Under the pieces are notes generated by a model. That model was given only the letters and a program-made list of their open reading frames with translations. It did not search any database and had not been told where the DNA came from. A DNA stretch of 64,000 nucleotides from an uncultured virus (IMG/VR IMGVR_UViG_3300046007_013272) (taxonomy: Duplodnaviria > Heunggongvirae > Uroviricota > Caudoviricetes): IMG/VR virus record IMGVR_UViG_3300046007_013272. One strand, 5' to 3'. Made by a program: the position numbers and the translations under genes. Shown here one piece after another: positions 56,597-64,000 of the stretch (its first letter is position 1; every line of letters begins with the position of its first letter).

Positions 56597-57466
56597 ATGA
56601 ATATTAAACATTCAAAATATAAGAATACCGGTATCCTATTTGAGTTACTTGTAAGACAAGTAACAGCAGATACCCTAAATGGTGCAAATTCTCAAGCGCT
56701 TAATATCATTAAGACTTTTTTTGCTAAAAGTGAATTAGGTAAAGAATTAAAATTATACGAAGCTTTAAATAAAAACACTCAATTACATGAGTCTCAAGCT
56801 AATATGTTAGTTAACACTTTACTTGAAAGTTCAGTTAAATTAAATAGAAGTATTCTTAGAAGAGAAAAATATAATCTTATTAATGAGATTAAAAAACATT
56901 ATAACTTAGAAGAATTTTTTAAATATAAAATTCCTAATTACAAAGCATTTGCCTCTTTCTATAATCTATTAGAAATTACCAATTCCTCAGAATTCATAAA
57001 TCCTGAGTTAATTGTAAACAATAAAATAACTCTTTTAGAATATCTTAGTTCTTCACCTATTTCAGAAGAAAAAGTAACAAATGATATCCTAGAGGAATTT
57101 AAAAATCAGGATCAAGACGTTAGAATTTTAGCATACAAATTAATGCTTGAAAAATTCAATGGTAAATACGCCAACCTCTATCCCAGCCAAAAAGAAATTC
57201 TAAAAGAATTTATCACTTCAGTTGAGTCTACGTCTAAATTAAAAACTTTCTATAACGAAAGAGTAAATTTAATTAAAGAAGAACTCAATACTATCTTAAA
57301 AGGAGTTGATAATAAAGTTGTCGCTATTAAACTTGAAGAAGTTTTATCTTTAATTAAGGAGATTGAAAAACCTACTCCTATTACTAATGAAGATATAACT
57401 AACCTTCTAATGTATGCTGAACTCTTAGAAGAATTTAGAAGTATAAATGGCAAATCAACACTATAA
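56597..57466 (+). CDS. conserved hypothetical head-cluster protein
   Basis: KHSKYKNTGILFELLVRQ N-terminus; located between portal and protease. Confidence 0.75.
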   Translation: MNIKHSKYKNTGILFELLVRQVTADTLNGANSQALNIIKTFFAKSELGKELKLYEALNKNTQLHESQANMLVNTLLESSVKLNRSILRREKYNLINEIKKHYNLEEFFKYKIPNYKAFASFYNLLEITNSSEFINPELIVNNKITLLEYLSSSPISEEKVTNDILEEFKNQDQDVRILAYKLMLEKFNGKYANLYPSQKEILKEFITSVESTSKLKTFYNERVNLIKEELNTILKGVDNKVVAIKLEEVLSLIKEIEKPTPITNEDITNLLMYAELLEEFRSINGKSTL

Positions 57467-57764
57467 ATACAAATTAGCTAAGAAAGTAGACGAGACCTCA
57501 GGAACAATGGGGTCTGCTTCTTTTACACCTGGTACAGGTGCTCAATATGCTACTCCATTTGCATTTAAGAAAACTAAAAAACAACCCCTTCCAGAAGCTG
57601 ATCCAGGTGCAACATTAGGACCTGGTCCTAAAGCAGGACCCAAAGGAGTTACAGACAATTATTACGTTAAAGCTTGGAAATACAAATTAGTAAATCCTAA
57701 AAAATTAGCAGCTCAATCAAAAGCCATAGACACTAAGTATCTTTGGGGAACCAAATATGTATAA
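57447..57764 (+). CDS. hypothetical protein
   Basis: YATPFAF motif. Confidence 0.65.
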   Translation: MANQHYKYKLAKKVDETSGTMGSASFTPGTGAQYATPFAFKKTKKQPLPEADPGATLGPGPKAGPKGVTDNYYVKAWKYKLVNPKKLAAQSKAIDTKYLWGTKYV

Positions 57765-57766
57765 TT

Positions 57767-58027
57767 ATGGAAGGTGTTAATTCTTTAGATAAGTATTTAA
57801 ATGGTCTTAATGCCGACCAAGGTAAAAAAGACTTTATTAAAAAAAGAATTTTAGCGTTTCAAGAAATTGAAAAGCAAATGAGTGAATTAAAACCTATGTT
57901 ACGCGATGCTCAAAAAAAGACTTTAGCTTATTATAAAAAAAGTCCCAATTATAGCATTATTACCCCAACAGACTTAGTCTTAGACTATTTGAAAGATATT
58001 AAGGACATATTAAAGCCAGAAGAATGA
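57767..58027 (+). CDS. hypothetical protein
   Basis: Start trimmed to the ATG after the upstream stop. Confidence 0.6.
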   Translation: MEGVNSLDKYLNGLNADQGKKDFIKKRILAFQEIEKQMSELKPMLRDAQKKTLAYYKKSPNYSIITPTDLVLDYLKDIKDILKPEE

Positions 58028-58698
58028 AAAGTTTACAAAATCAATATAATTTGATCAAAGAAGGCAAAGGGCACAAAGATGTGTTCTTAAAAAACGCCAA
58101 AAAATTATTCCCAAATCTAATTCCTAATCATTATGGATTTGGTGAGACTACTCTTATCCTAAAACAAAGAGGCATTATTACAGAAGCTACTATGATTGGT
58201 GGTCTTGTATCTAAACCTGCAATCGACCCATTTAATACATTTAACAACTTCTTAAGTGAAGAATTTTCTGTAGCTGAAAATCCTGTAGATGCTCCTAAAC
58301 CTAAAGATGAACAAACTACTAAAGCTGAGAATAAAAAAGTTTCTAAAGAAGTAGAAGATTTAGATAAAGAAACAGGATACGATTATACTGATTATAAAAA
58401 TATTGATAACATTTACGGCGAAGCCTTCTTAGAAGGATACTATGCTGAAATGAAAGATCCTAAAAATAAAGATAAGACAGTTGACGAGTTAAAAGGAATA
58501 GTAGCAAAAAACATGGCAAAAGATAGTCTTTATTATATGAAAAATGCTGCATTCGGTGTTAAAGGTATTGGATATCAAACCGAAGCTCCTGGTTTAGGCA
58601 CTCCTAAAGAAGCAACTGGAAAATACAAATCTTCAGGATATGGTGATTTAAAAGAATCTATCTTAGAAATCGCTAAAGAAATTAATGAAGAAAAATGA
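58024..58698 (+). CDS. hypothetical head-associated protein
   Basis: LIKE, ITEA, LSEE and LKES motifs; adjacent to the protease. Confidence 0.65.
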   Translation: MKSLQNQYNLIKEGKGHKDVFLKNAKKLFPNLIPNHYGFGETTLILKQRGIITEATMIGGLVSKPAIDPFNTFNNFLSEEFSVAENPVDAPKPKDEQTTKAENKKVSKEVEDLDKETGYDYTDYKNIDNIYGEAFLEGYYAEMKDPKNKDKTVDELKGIVAKNMAKDSLYYMKNAAFGVKGIGYQTEAPGLGTPKEATGKYKSSGYGDLKESILEIAKEINEEK

Positions 58699-59303
58699 AA
58701 CAGGTTTTAATTGAAACCCAATTATTTAAAGTTAACCCAGTTCAGTTAACTGAAGGTCTTAAAACACCTGCTGGAAATCCTCTTGTTGAGGGTATTTTAG
58801 CTACTGCTGGTGTTAAAAATGGTAACTCTAGATACTATGCTCCTGAAATTTGGAAAAGAGAAATCGACAAATATCAAGATATAGTCAAAGAAAATAGAGC
58901 AACTGGTGAATTAGACCACCCAGATTCTTCAATTATCAACCTTAAAAATGTATCACACATTATTAGAGAAGTTTGGTGGGATGGGGATGAAGTTATGGGT
59001 AAAATTGAAATCCTACCTACAGCAACAGGAAATATCCTTAAAGCTCTTATTGAAAATGGTGTAGTAGTAGGTGTTTCTTCACGTGGTGAGGGTTCACTAA
59101 AACCTATGTCAGGTGGTATGATGGAAGTACAAGATGACTTTAATCTTATTTGTTGGGACTTTGTTTCAACACCATCTAACCCAGGCTCATACATGCACTT
59201 AGTTAAAGAAGGAATTGAAGAAGTAAAGTTTAACAAATATCAAAAAGTTAATTCATTACTTACTGAAATCCTTTGTGCGAACGGGACCTGTCCCGTTTTA
59301 TAA
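58695..59303 (+). CDS. gp21: prohead core protease (T4 gp21-like)
   Basis: KNGNSRYY, GELDHP, VSH, GVSSRGEGS and DFVSTPS motifs. Confidence 0.95.
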   Translation: MKQVLIETQLFKVNPVQLTEGLKTPAGNPLVEGILATAGVKNGNSRYYAPEIWKREIDKYQDIVKENRATGELDHPDSSIINLKNVSHIIREVWWDGDEVMGKIEILPTATGNILKALIENGVVVGVSSRGEGSLKPMSGGMMEVQDDFNLICWDFVSTPSNPGSYMHLVKEGIEEVKFNKYQKVNSLLTEILCANGTCPVL

Positions 59304-59328
59304 ATCTCCCTCGGGCGCTACCTTGGGC

Positions 59329-59356
59329 GGCCTTCCTTCGGGAAGGCCATTTTTTT
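59329..59356 (+). terminator. intrinsic terminator
   Basis: GGCCTTCC-TTCG-GGAAGGCC plus T7. Confidence 0.85.
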
Positions 59357-59487
59357 CATATGATGCGATTTTTAGAGATCTTGATATACGTATCATCGTA
59401 ATATGTCATGAATTTATATGACATCCGTGATTATAACCCTTATTACGTTTCTTAATAAACGTATCCCCCAAACAAATTTTGTGGACA

Positions 59488-60741
59488 ATGAGTAATAGTA
59501 GAGAACTACTTAACGAGGCCATTGCCGATGCTAAAGCTGTAAAAGAAGCCGCCATCGCAAATGCCAAGGCAGCTCTTGAGGAAACATTTGCTCCCTATCT
59601 TGCGGAAAAGTTAAAGGCAAAAATTGCCGAACTTGACGAAGATGAAGCTTATGAAGGTCAAGAGATGTACAACGAAGAAGAGGAGCTCAAAGAGAAAATG
59701 TCTAATCCAGTGATGCGTAAAGATCTTAAAGGCGATGATAAACCTGAAAAGGAAACCGAAAAGATGAGAGAAGCAGATATGGAAGAAGAGATGGATCTTG
59801 AAGAACTCCTTGCAGAACTCGAGGAAGAATCTCAACTTAACGAAGCTGAAGACCAAGAAGAAAAGTATGTCGGTGACGACGAAAAATACGAATTCGAAAA
59901 AGGTAAAGAAGCTGGCGAAGAAGAAGAAATCGACCTAGAGGATATGAGCGAAGAAGATTTAAAAGCTCTTATTGAAGACGTAATCGAAGATATGGTTAAA
60001 GCTGGTGAAATTGAAGCCGGTGAAAACTTTGAAGCTGAAGATGACATGGAAATGGATATGGACATTGAAGTGGATGCTGAAGAAGAAACTATGAATGAGA
60101 TGTACGGCGGAGGTAAAGGTGATATTCCTTCTAGAAAGCGTGGTAAAATTAAAAAAGACACCGCTGAAGAAGAAGGTATCGCTGATTATGAAAAATCTAA
60201 GAAAAAGATGGAAGAAGCAATGGATGAGAATGTAATGGATAAAGTAAATATGTTCATTAAAAGAGTAAAGGATAATGCTGCGGCAGGTCGTCCTTTAATC
60301 GATGATGAAATGTTTAAATTTATTGACAAAACTGATGTATTCCCTGCTAATTTTACTTCTAATGTTAGAAAAGAAGAAAAAGATTTAGAAGAAATGGAAT
60401 CTAACATTAAAGAATTAACTTCAACTTTAAATGAAGTTAAACTCTTAAATGCTAAACTTCTTTACACTAACAAGATTTTCAGAGCAAAGAATCTTACAGA
60501 AAACCAAAAGATAAAAGTATTGCAAGCTTTTGATAAAGCAGCAACAGTTAAAGAAACTAAACTTGTATTTGAAACATTATCTACCGAGCTTAAAGAAAAG
60601 AAAGCTCCTGTTAATGAATCAATCAGAGGTTTAGCTTCAAAAGCAGCTGGTGTTGCCCCAACAACCAATAAGCAACCAATACTTGAATCAACAGAACAAG
60701 TTATGAGATGGCAGAAACTTGCCGGTATCATTAAATCTTAA
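59488..60741 (+). CDS. prohead scaffolding protein (gp22-like)
   Basis: Very acidic coiled coil between protease and major capsid gene; EAIADAKAVK and LNEVKLLNAKLLY. Confidence 0.85.
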   Translation: MSNSRELLNEAIADAKAVKEAAIANAKAALEETFAPYLAEKLKAKIAELDEDEAYEGQEMYNEEEELKEKMSNPVMRKDLKGDDKPEKETEKMREADMEEEMDLEELLAELEEESQLNEAEDQEEKYVGDDEKYEFEKGKEAGEEEEIDLEDMSEEDLKALIEDVIEDMVKAGEIEAGENFEAEDDMEMDMDIEVDAEEETMNEMYGGGKGDIPSRKRGKIKKDTAEEEGIADYEKSKKKMEEAMDENVMDKVNMFIKRVKDNAAAGRPLIDDEMFKFIDKTDVFPANFTSNVRKEEKDLEEMESNIKELTSTLNEVKLLNAKLLYTNKIFRAKNLTENQKIKVLQAFDKAATVKETKLVFETLSTELKEKKAPVNESIRGLASKAAGVAPTTNKQPILESTEQVMRWQKLAGIIKS

Positions 60742-60762
60742 TTTTAAAAAACAATAAACAAA

Positions 60763-62502
60763 ATGTCACAACTTCAATCTCTTTTAGAGTCATCAGCTGC
60801 TGGTTGGAAAAACCTTCAGTCTGACGCAGCTAAATTAGCTGCAAAGTGGGAGAAGACAGGTTTACTTGAAGGTCTCGGTAGTGAGACTGACAAGAACAAC
60901 ATGTCAATGATCCTTGAAAACCAAGCTAAGCAGCTTGTAGTAGAAACCTCAACTAACCCTGGTGGTGGTTCAGGTAACGGTGCTGGTGCCTTCACAGTAG
61001 GTACAGGTGCTGAATGGGCTGGTGTAGCTCTTCCATTGGTACGTAAGGTATTTGGTCAAATCGCTGCTAAAGAATTCGTTTCTGTACAGCCAATGAACCT
61101 TCCTTCAGGCCTTGTGTTCTTCCTTGATTTCCAGTATGGTAATACTAAAACTCCATTTACTGCTGGTGAGTCACTTTACGGAAACACTGGATCTGCACAA
61201 TATCCATTCTCTACTGGTGTTAGCAACTTAGCTGAAAACAACACTGGTGGTCTTTATGGTGCTGGTAAGTTTACTTACTCAACCAACCAGTTCTCTGAAT
61301 CAGTAGGTACAGGTTCATTATCTATGGCCTCTGCTTCTTTATGGTCTCAGTTAAACTTTGATTCTGAATTATCAGCTTCAGCAGCTGCTAATCAAATCTT
61401 AAAAGTAACTGTTGCTACTGCTACTACAGAGCTTCCTAACTTTGATCCAGATGCCGTAAGAGGTTTCGTTCCTGTTTCAGGTTCGTTTACTGCTGATAAC
61501 TTATTACCAGCATTTACTACTTACAACTACACTGCTAACACTATTAGTTTCTACTTCACAACTTCAGCTGCTTTAGCAAACCTTGCAGTTAATGCTTTAA
61601 ATGCTGGTACTCTTACTGGTAATTTCCAAGTATTCTACCAGAAGGCAACTACAATGTCTCCATACCAAATCGGTGACTTTGAAGCTGATAACACATACGC
61701 CATTCCTAACTCTCTTGACGCAACTCAAATCGCGATCCCACAGATCAACATCCAGATGCAGTCACAAGCAATTGTTGCTAAGACCAAGAAGTTAAAAGCA
61801 GTATGGACTCCAGAATTCGCACAAGACCTTAATGCTTACCAAGCTCTTGACGCCGAAGCTGAATTAACTAACATCATGAGCGAGTACATTTCTCTTGAAA
61901 TCGACCTTGAAATCCTTGACATGTTAATTGAAGACGCAGGTGCAGGTACAGAGTACTGGTCAGCAGTTTCTAACGAATTCTACAATCCAGGTACTAATAA
62001 CTTTAGCCAGTTAACTGCTACTAACGGTGGTTACTACAACACTCAAGGCCAGTGGTTCCAAACCCTTGGTACTAAGATGCAGAAGTTATCTAACAAGATT
62101 CACCAGTTAACTCTTCGTGGTGGTGCAAACTTCTTAGTATGTTCTCCAACTGTAGCTACAGTTCTTGAATCTATCCCTGGATATGCTTCAAATTCTGACG
62201 GTGATGTATCTAAAATGACTTACGCCTTTGGTGTACAGAAAGCAGGTGCTATCAACAACAGATACACTGTATACAAGAACCCATACATGAATGAAAACAC
62301 AATTCTTATGGGCTTCCGTGGTACTCAATTCTTGGAAGCTGGTGCTGTATTCGCTCCTTACATTCCATTAATCATGACTCCTCTTATCTACGATCCAGAA
62401 ACCTTCACTCCAAGAAAAGGTCTCTTGACTCGCTACGCTAAGAAGATGTTACGTCCTGAATTCTATGGTAAGATCTACGTTTCTGGTTTAACCAGCTTCT
62501 AA
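60763..62502 (+). CDS. gp23: major capsid protein (T4 gp23-like)
   Basis: LPLVRKVF...VSVQPMNLPSGLVFFL; KLKAVWTPEFAQDL; APYIPL; FTPRKGLLTRYA. Confidence 0.96.
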   Translation: MSQLQSLLESSAAGWKNLQSDAAKLAAKWEKTGLLEGLGSETDKNNMSMILENQAKQLVVETSTNPGGGSGNGAGAFTVGTGAEWAGVALPLVRKVFGQIAAKEFVSVQPMNLPSGLVFFLDFQYGNTKTPFTAGESLYGNTGSAQYPFSTGVSNLAENNTGGLYGAGKFTYSTNQFSESVGTGSLSMASASLWSQLNFDSELSASAAANQILKVTVATATTELPNFDPDAVRGFVPVSGSFTADNLLPAFTTYNYTANTISFYFTTSAALANLAVNALNAGTLTGNFQVFYQKATTMSPYQIGDFEADNTYAIPNSLDATQIAIPQINIQMQSQAIVAKTKKLKAVWTPEFAQDLNAYQALDAEAELTNIMSEYISLEIDLEILDMLIEDAGAGTEYWSAVSNEFYNPGTNNFSQLTATNGGYYNTQGQWFQTLGTKMQKLSNKIHQLTLRGGANFLVCSPTVATVLESIPGYASNSDGDVSKMTYAFGVQKAGAINNRYTVYKNPYMNENTILMGFRGTQFLEAGAVFAPYIPLIMTPLIYDPETFTPRKGLLTRYAKKMLRPEFYGKIYVSGLTSF

Positions 62503-62523
62503 TCTAACCTAGAATAGAAATGG

Positions 62524-62550
62524 AGAGCCCCGCGAAAGCGGGGCTTTCTT
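62524..62550 (+). terminator. intrinsic terminator after the major capsid gene
   Basis: AGAGCCCCGC-GAAA-GCGGGGCTTT. Confidence 0.85.
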
Positions 62551-62576
62551 ATTTCATTTTACAATATTTATATTAT

Positions 62577-62822
62577 ATGAATATTTTTGAAGAAATATTA
62601 TGGCCACAATTTGTTCAATTTGAACATATAAAAAAATTACCTTTAAATGAACAGGTAAAATATTATAATCAATATTTATATGAATTAACTATTGCTCGAC
62701 AAAATTGGATTACGTATCAAAATAAAGGAGATGTTGATTTAACCGAAGATGAAAATTTCTTGCTTCAAGAAAATTTATTTTATATTTTACAAGAAGATAA
62801 TTCCAAAATAATAATAACTTAA
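62577..62822 (+). CDS. small virion-associated protein (LLQE..ILQED tail)
   Basis: ATATTTAT at 62564, then ATG 62577. Confidence 0.6.
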   Translation: MNIFEEILWPQFVQFEHIKKLPLNEQVKYYNQYLYELTIARQNWITYQNKGDVDLTEDENFLLQENLFYILQEDNSKIIIT

Positions 62823-62824
62823 TT

Positions 62825-63640
62825 ATGCCTAATTTACCTATATCTCAATTACCTGTAGCTGGTCCTTTAGTAGGAGATGAATTATTTGTTGTAGTTCAAG
62901 ATAGTGTCACAAAACAAGTAGAATATTCACAATTTCTTTCCGGAACATCAGGTACTAGTGGAACCTCAGGTACATCAGGTAGTGGTACTTCTGGTTCTTC
63001 GGGTACTTCAGGAGTTGCAGGCACTTCAGGTACATCAGGTATAAATGGTACTTCAGGAACATCGGGTATTTCAGGGACGTCCGGTTCAAGTGGTACTAGT
63101 GGAACTTCAGGAAGTGGAACATCTGGTTCTTCAGGTTCTTCAGGAACATCAGGTTCTAGTGGAACTTCAGGTGGTAGTGGGGTTACTAATTATTATCTAT
63201 CAGCGTATCATACAGCATCTATATCTTTATCAGTAACTAATACAGTTTATTCAATGTCTTATAGTACCACAGACTTTGCTAGTGGTATTAGTATTAGTGG
63301 CTCAGATAAAACCCAAATTAAAATAGCTAATACTGGAATCTATGATCTTCAATTTTCAGCTCAATTAAGTAAAACTAATAATAGTAATAATACAGTTTAT
63401 ATTTGGTTAGCAAAAAATGGAAATAATGTTGATGATAGTAATACAGGAGTTACTTTAGGAGGTGGATCTAATGATTCCTCTGTAGCTGCATGGAATTTTT
63501 ATCTCTCAGCTTCAGCAGGAGATTATTATGAATTAAGAATGGCAGGCACTGATAATAATGCTGTTGTTCTATATAATGGAACCCCTACTTTAGGACCTGC
63601 TGTTCCTTCAGTTATATTAACTGTTGGTAGAATAGGATAA
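62825..63640 (+). CDS. GTS-repeat fibre/decoration protein with C-terminal beta (C1q/BclA-like) domain
   Basis: ISQLP N-terminus, about 80 aa of GTS repeat, then TGIYDLQFSAQ...WLAKNG. Confidence 0.7.
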   Translation: MPNLPISQLPVAGPLVGDELFVVVQDSVTKQVEYSQFLSGTSGTSGTSGTSGSGTSGSSGTSGVAGTSGTSGINGTSGTSGISGTSGSSGTSGTSGSGTSGSSGSSGTSGSSGTSGGSGVTNYYLSAYHTASISLSVTNTVYSMSYSTTDFASGISISGSDKTQIKIANTGIYDLQFSAQLSKTNNSNNTVYIWLAKNGNNVDDSNTGVTLGGGSNDSSVAAWNFYLSASAGDYYELRMAGTDNNAVVLYNGTPTLGPAVPSVILTVGRIG

Positions 63641-63659
63641 AAATTTAATATTTGTAAAG

Positions 63660-63687
63660 AAGGGCCTAGAATTTTCTAGGCCTTTTT
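63660..63687 (+). terminator. intrinsic terminator
   Basis: AAGGGCCTAGA/TCTAGGCCTTT plus T tract. Confidence 0.75.
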
Positions 63688-63751
63688 CTACTCTAAGTAC
63701 CCTTACTATATTTATAGGGGAACTAAGTAAGTATAACTTAAAAGTATTATA

Positions 63752-64000
63752 ATGAAAGAAACTCCCTCGCAATTGCAGGTACCAAGTTATGTAATGAATT
63801 TCCCGTTTACGCTCGATACCTCGAATCCAAACAATGTTTGGATGCAAGAACTAGAAGCTGAAGATTTAAAAATCAATAGAGGTAAAGCTTACAAGCAATT
63901 TTTAGACTTGTATAATTTTATGTCCGGTGCTTCTTTAACCTATCTTTTACCAAGCGCTGGTAACTTCCAGGATCAAGTATATGTAGCTAATTTAGGCATT
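63752..64000 (+). CDS. amidinotransferase/dimethylarginase-family protein (runs off the window end)
   Basis: Read by eye: MNFPF...NNVWM...KAYKQF..LY...LLP...QDQVYVANLG matches the pentein N-terminus. Confidence 0.65.
   Translation, partial: MKETPSQLQVPSYVMNFPFTLDTSNPNNVWMQELEAEDLKINRGKAYKQFLDLYNFMSGASLTYLLPSAGNFQDQVYVANLGI

Noticed and set aside
53086..62502. Introns or inteins in terminase, portal or capsid genes
   Set aside because: The ORFs are continuous, and no intein splice motifs or LAGLIDADG inserts were seen.

Overview
This window is a 64-kb segment of a large, AT-rich, tailed dsDNA phage with T4-like morphogenesis genes; a contractile tail is inferred from the gp25-like and gp6-like baseplate genes. 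Essentially all real genes lie on the + strand. The host is inferred to be a Bacteroidota member from TTTG-N20-TAnnTTTA promoters, mostly SD-less A-rich initiation regions, Bacteroidota-style lipoproteins and an Hc1-like protein. Layout: (1) 1-11.1 kb, small early/accessory genes behind host-type promoters, with two GC-rich non-coding islands. (2) 11.1-15.3 kb, a tRNA array with 12 canonical tRNAs, 3 aberrant tRNA-like genes, at least 5 unexplained base-paired spacer RNAs, an RNase-H-like YkuK/DUF458 gene and a methyltransferase-fold gene. (3) 16-33.7 kb, an HD protein, a gp55-like sigma factor, baseplate and virion genes, and a (G-T/S-S)n repeat fibre. (4) 33.7-35.9 kb, primase and exonuclease. 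(5) 35.9-49.5 kb, acidic modular proteins with capsid-targeting-like leaders and repeated L/I/V/M-x-E motifs, inferred to be protease-processed internal head cargo. (6) 49.8-64 kb, metabolic genes, a spanin-like pair, terminase, portal, protease, scaffold, major capsid protein, a second GTS-repeat protein and a truncated amidinotransferase-like gene. The best novelty candidates are the RNA island (especially a duplicated 'non-decoding tRNA-like gene + CCAUAAGAAC-loop hairpin' cassette) and the polyprotein-like capsid cargo cluster. All family calls come from motif recognition by eye; no database searches were run.
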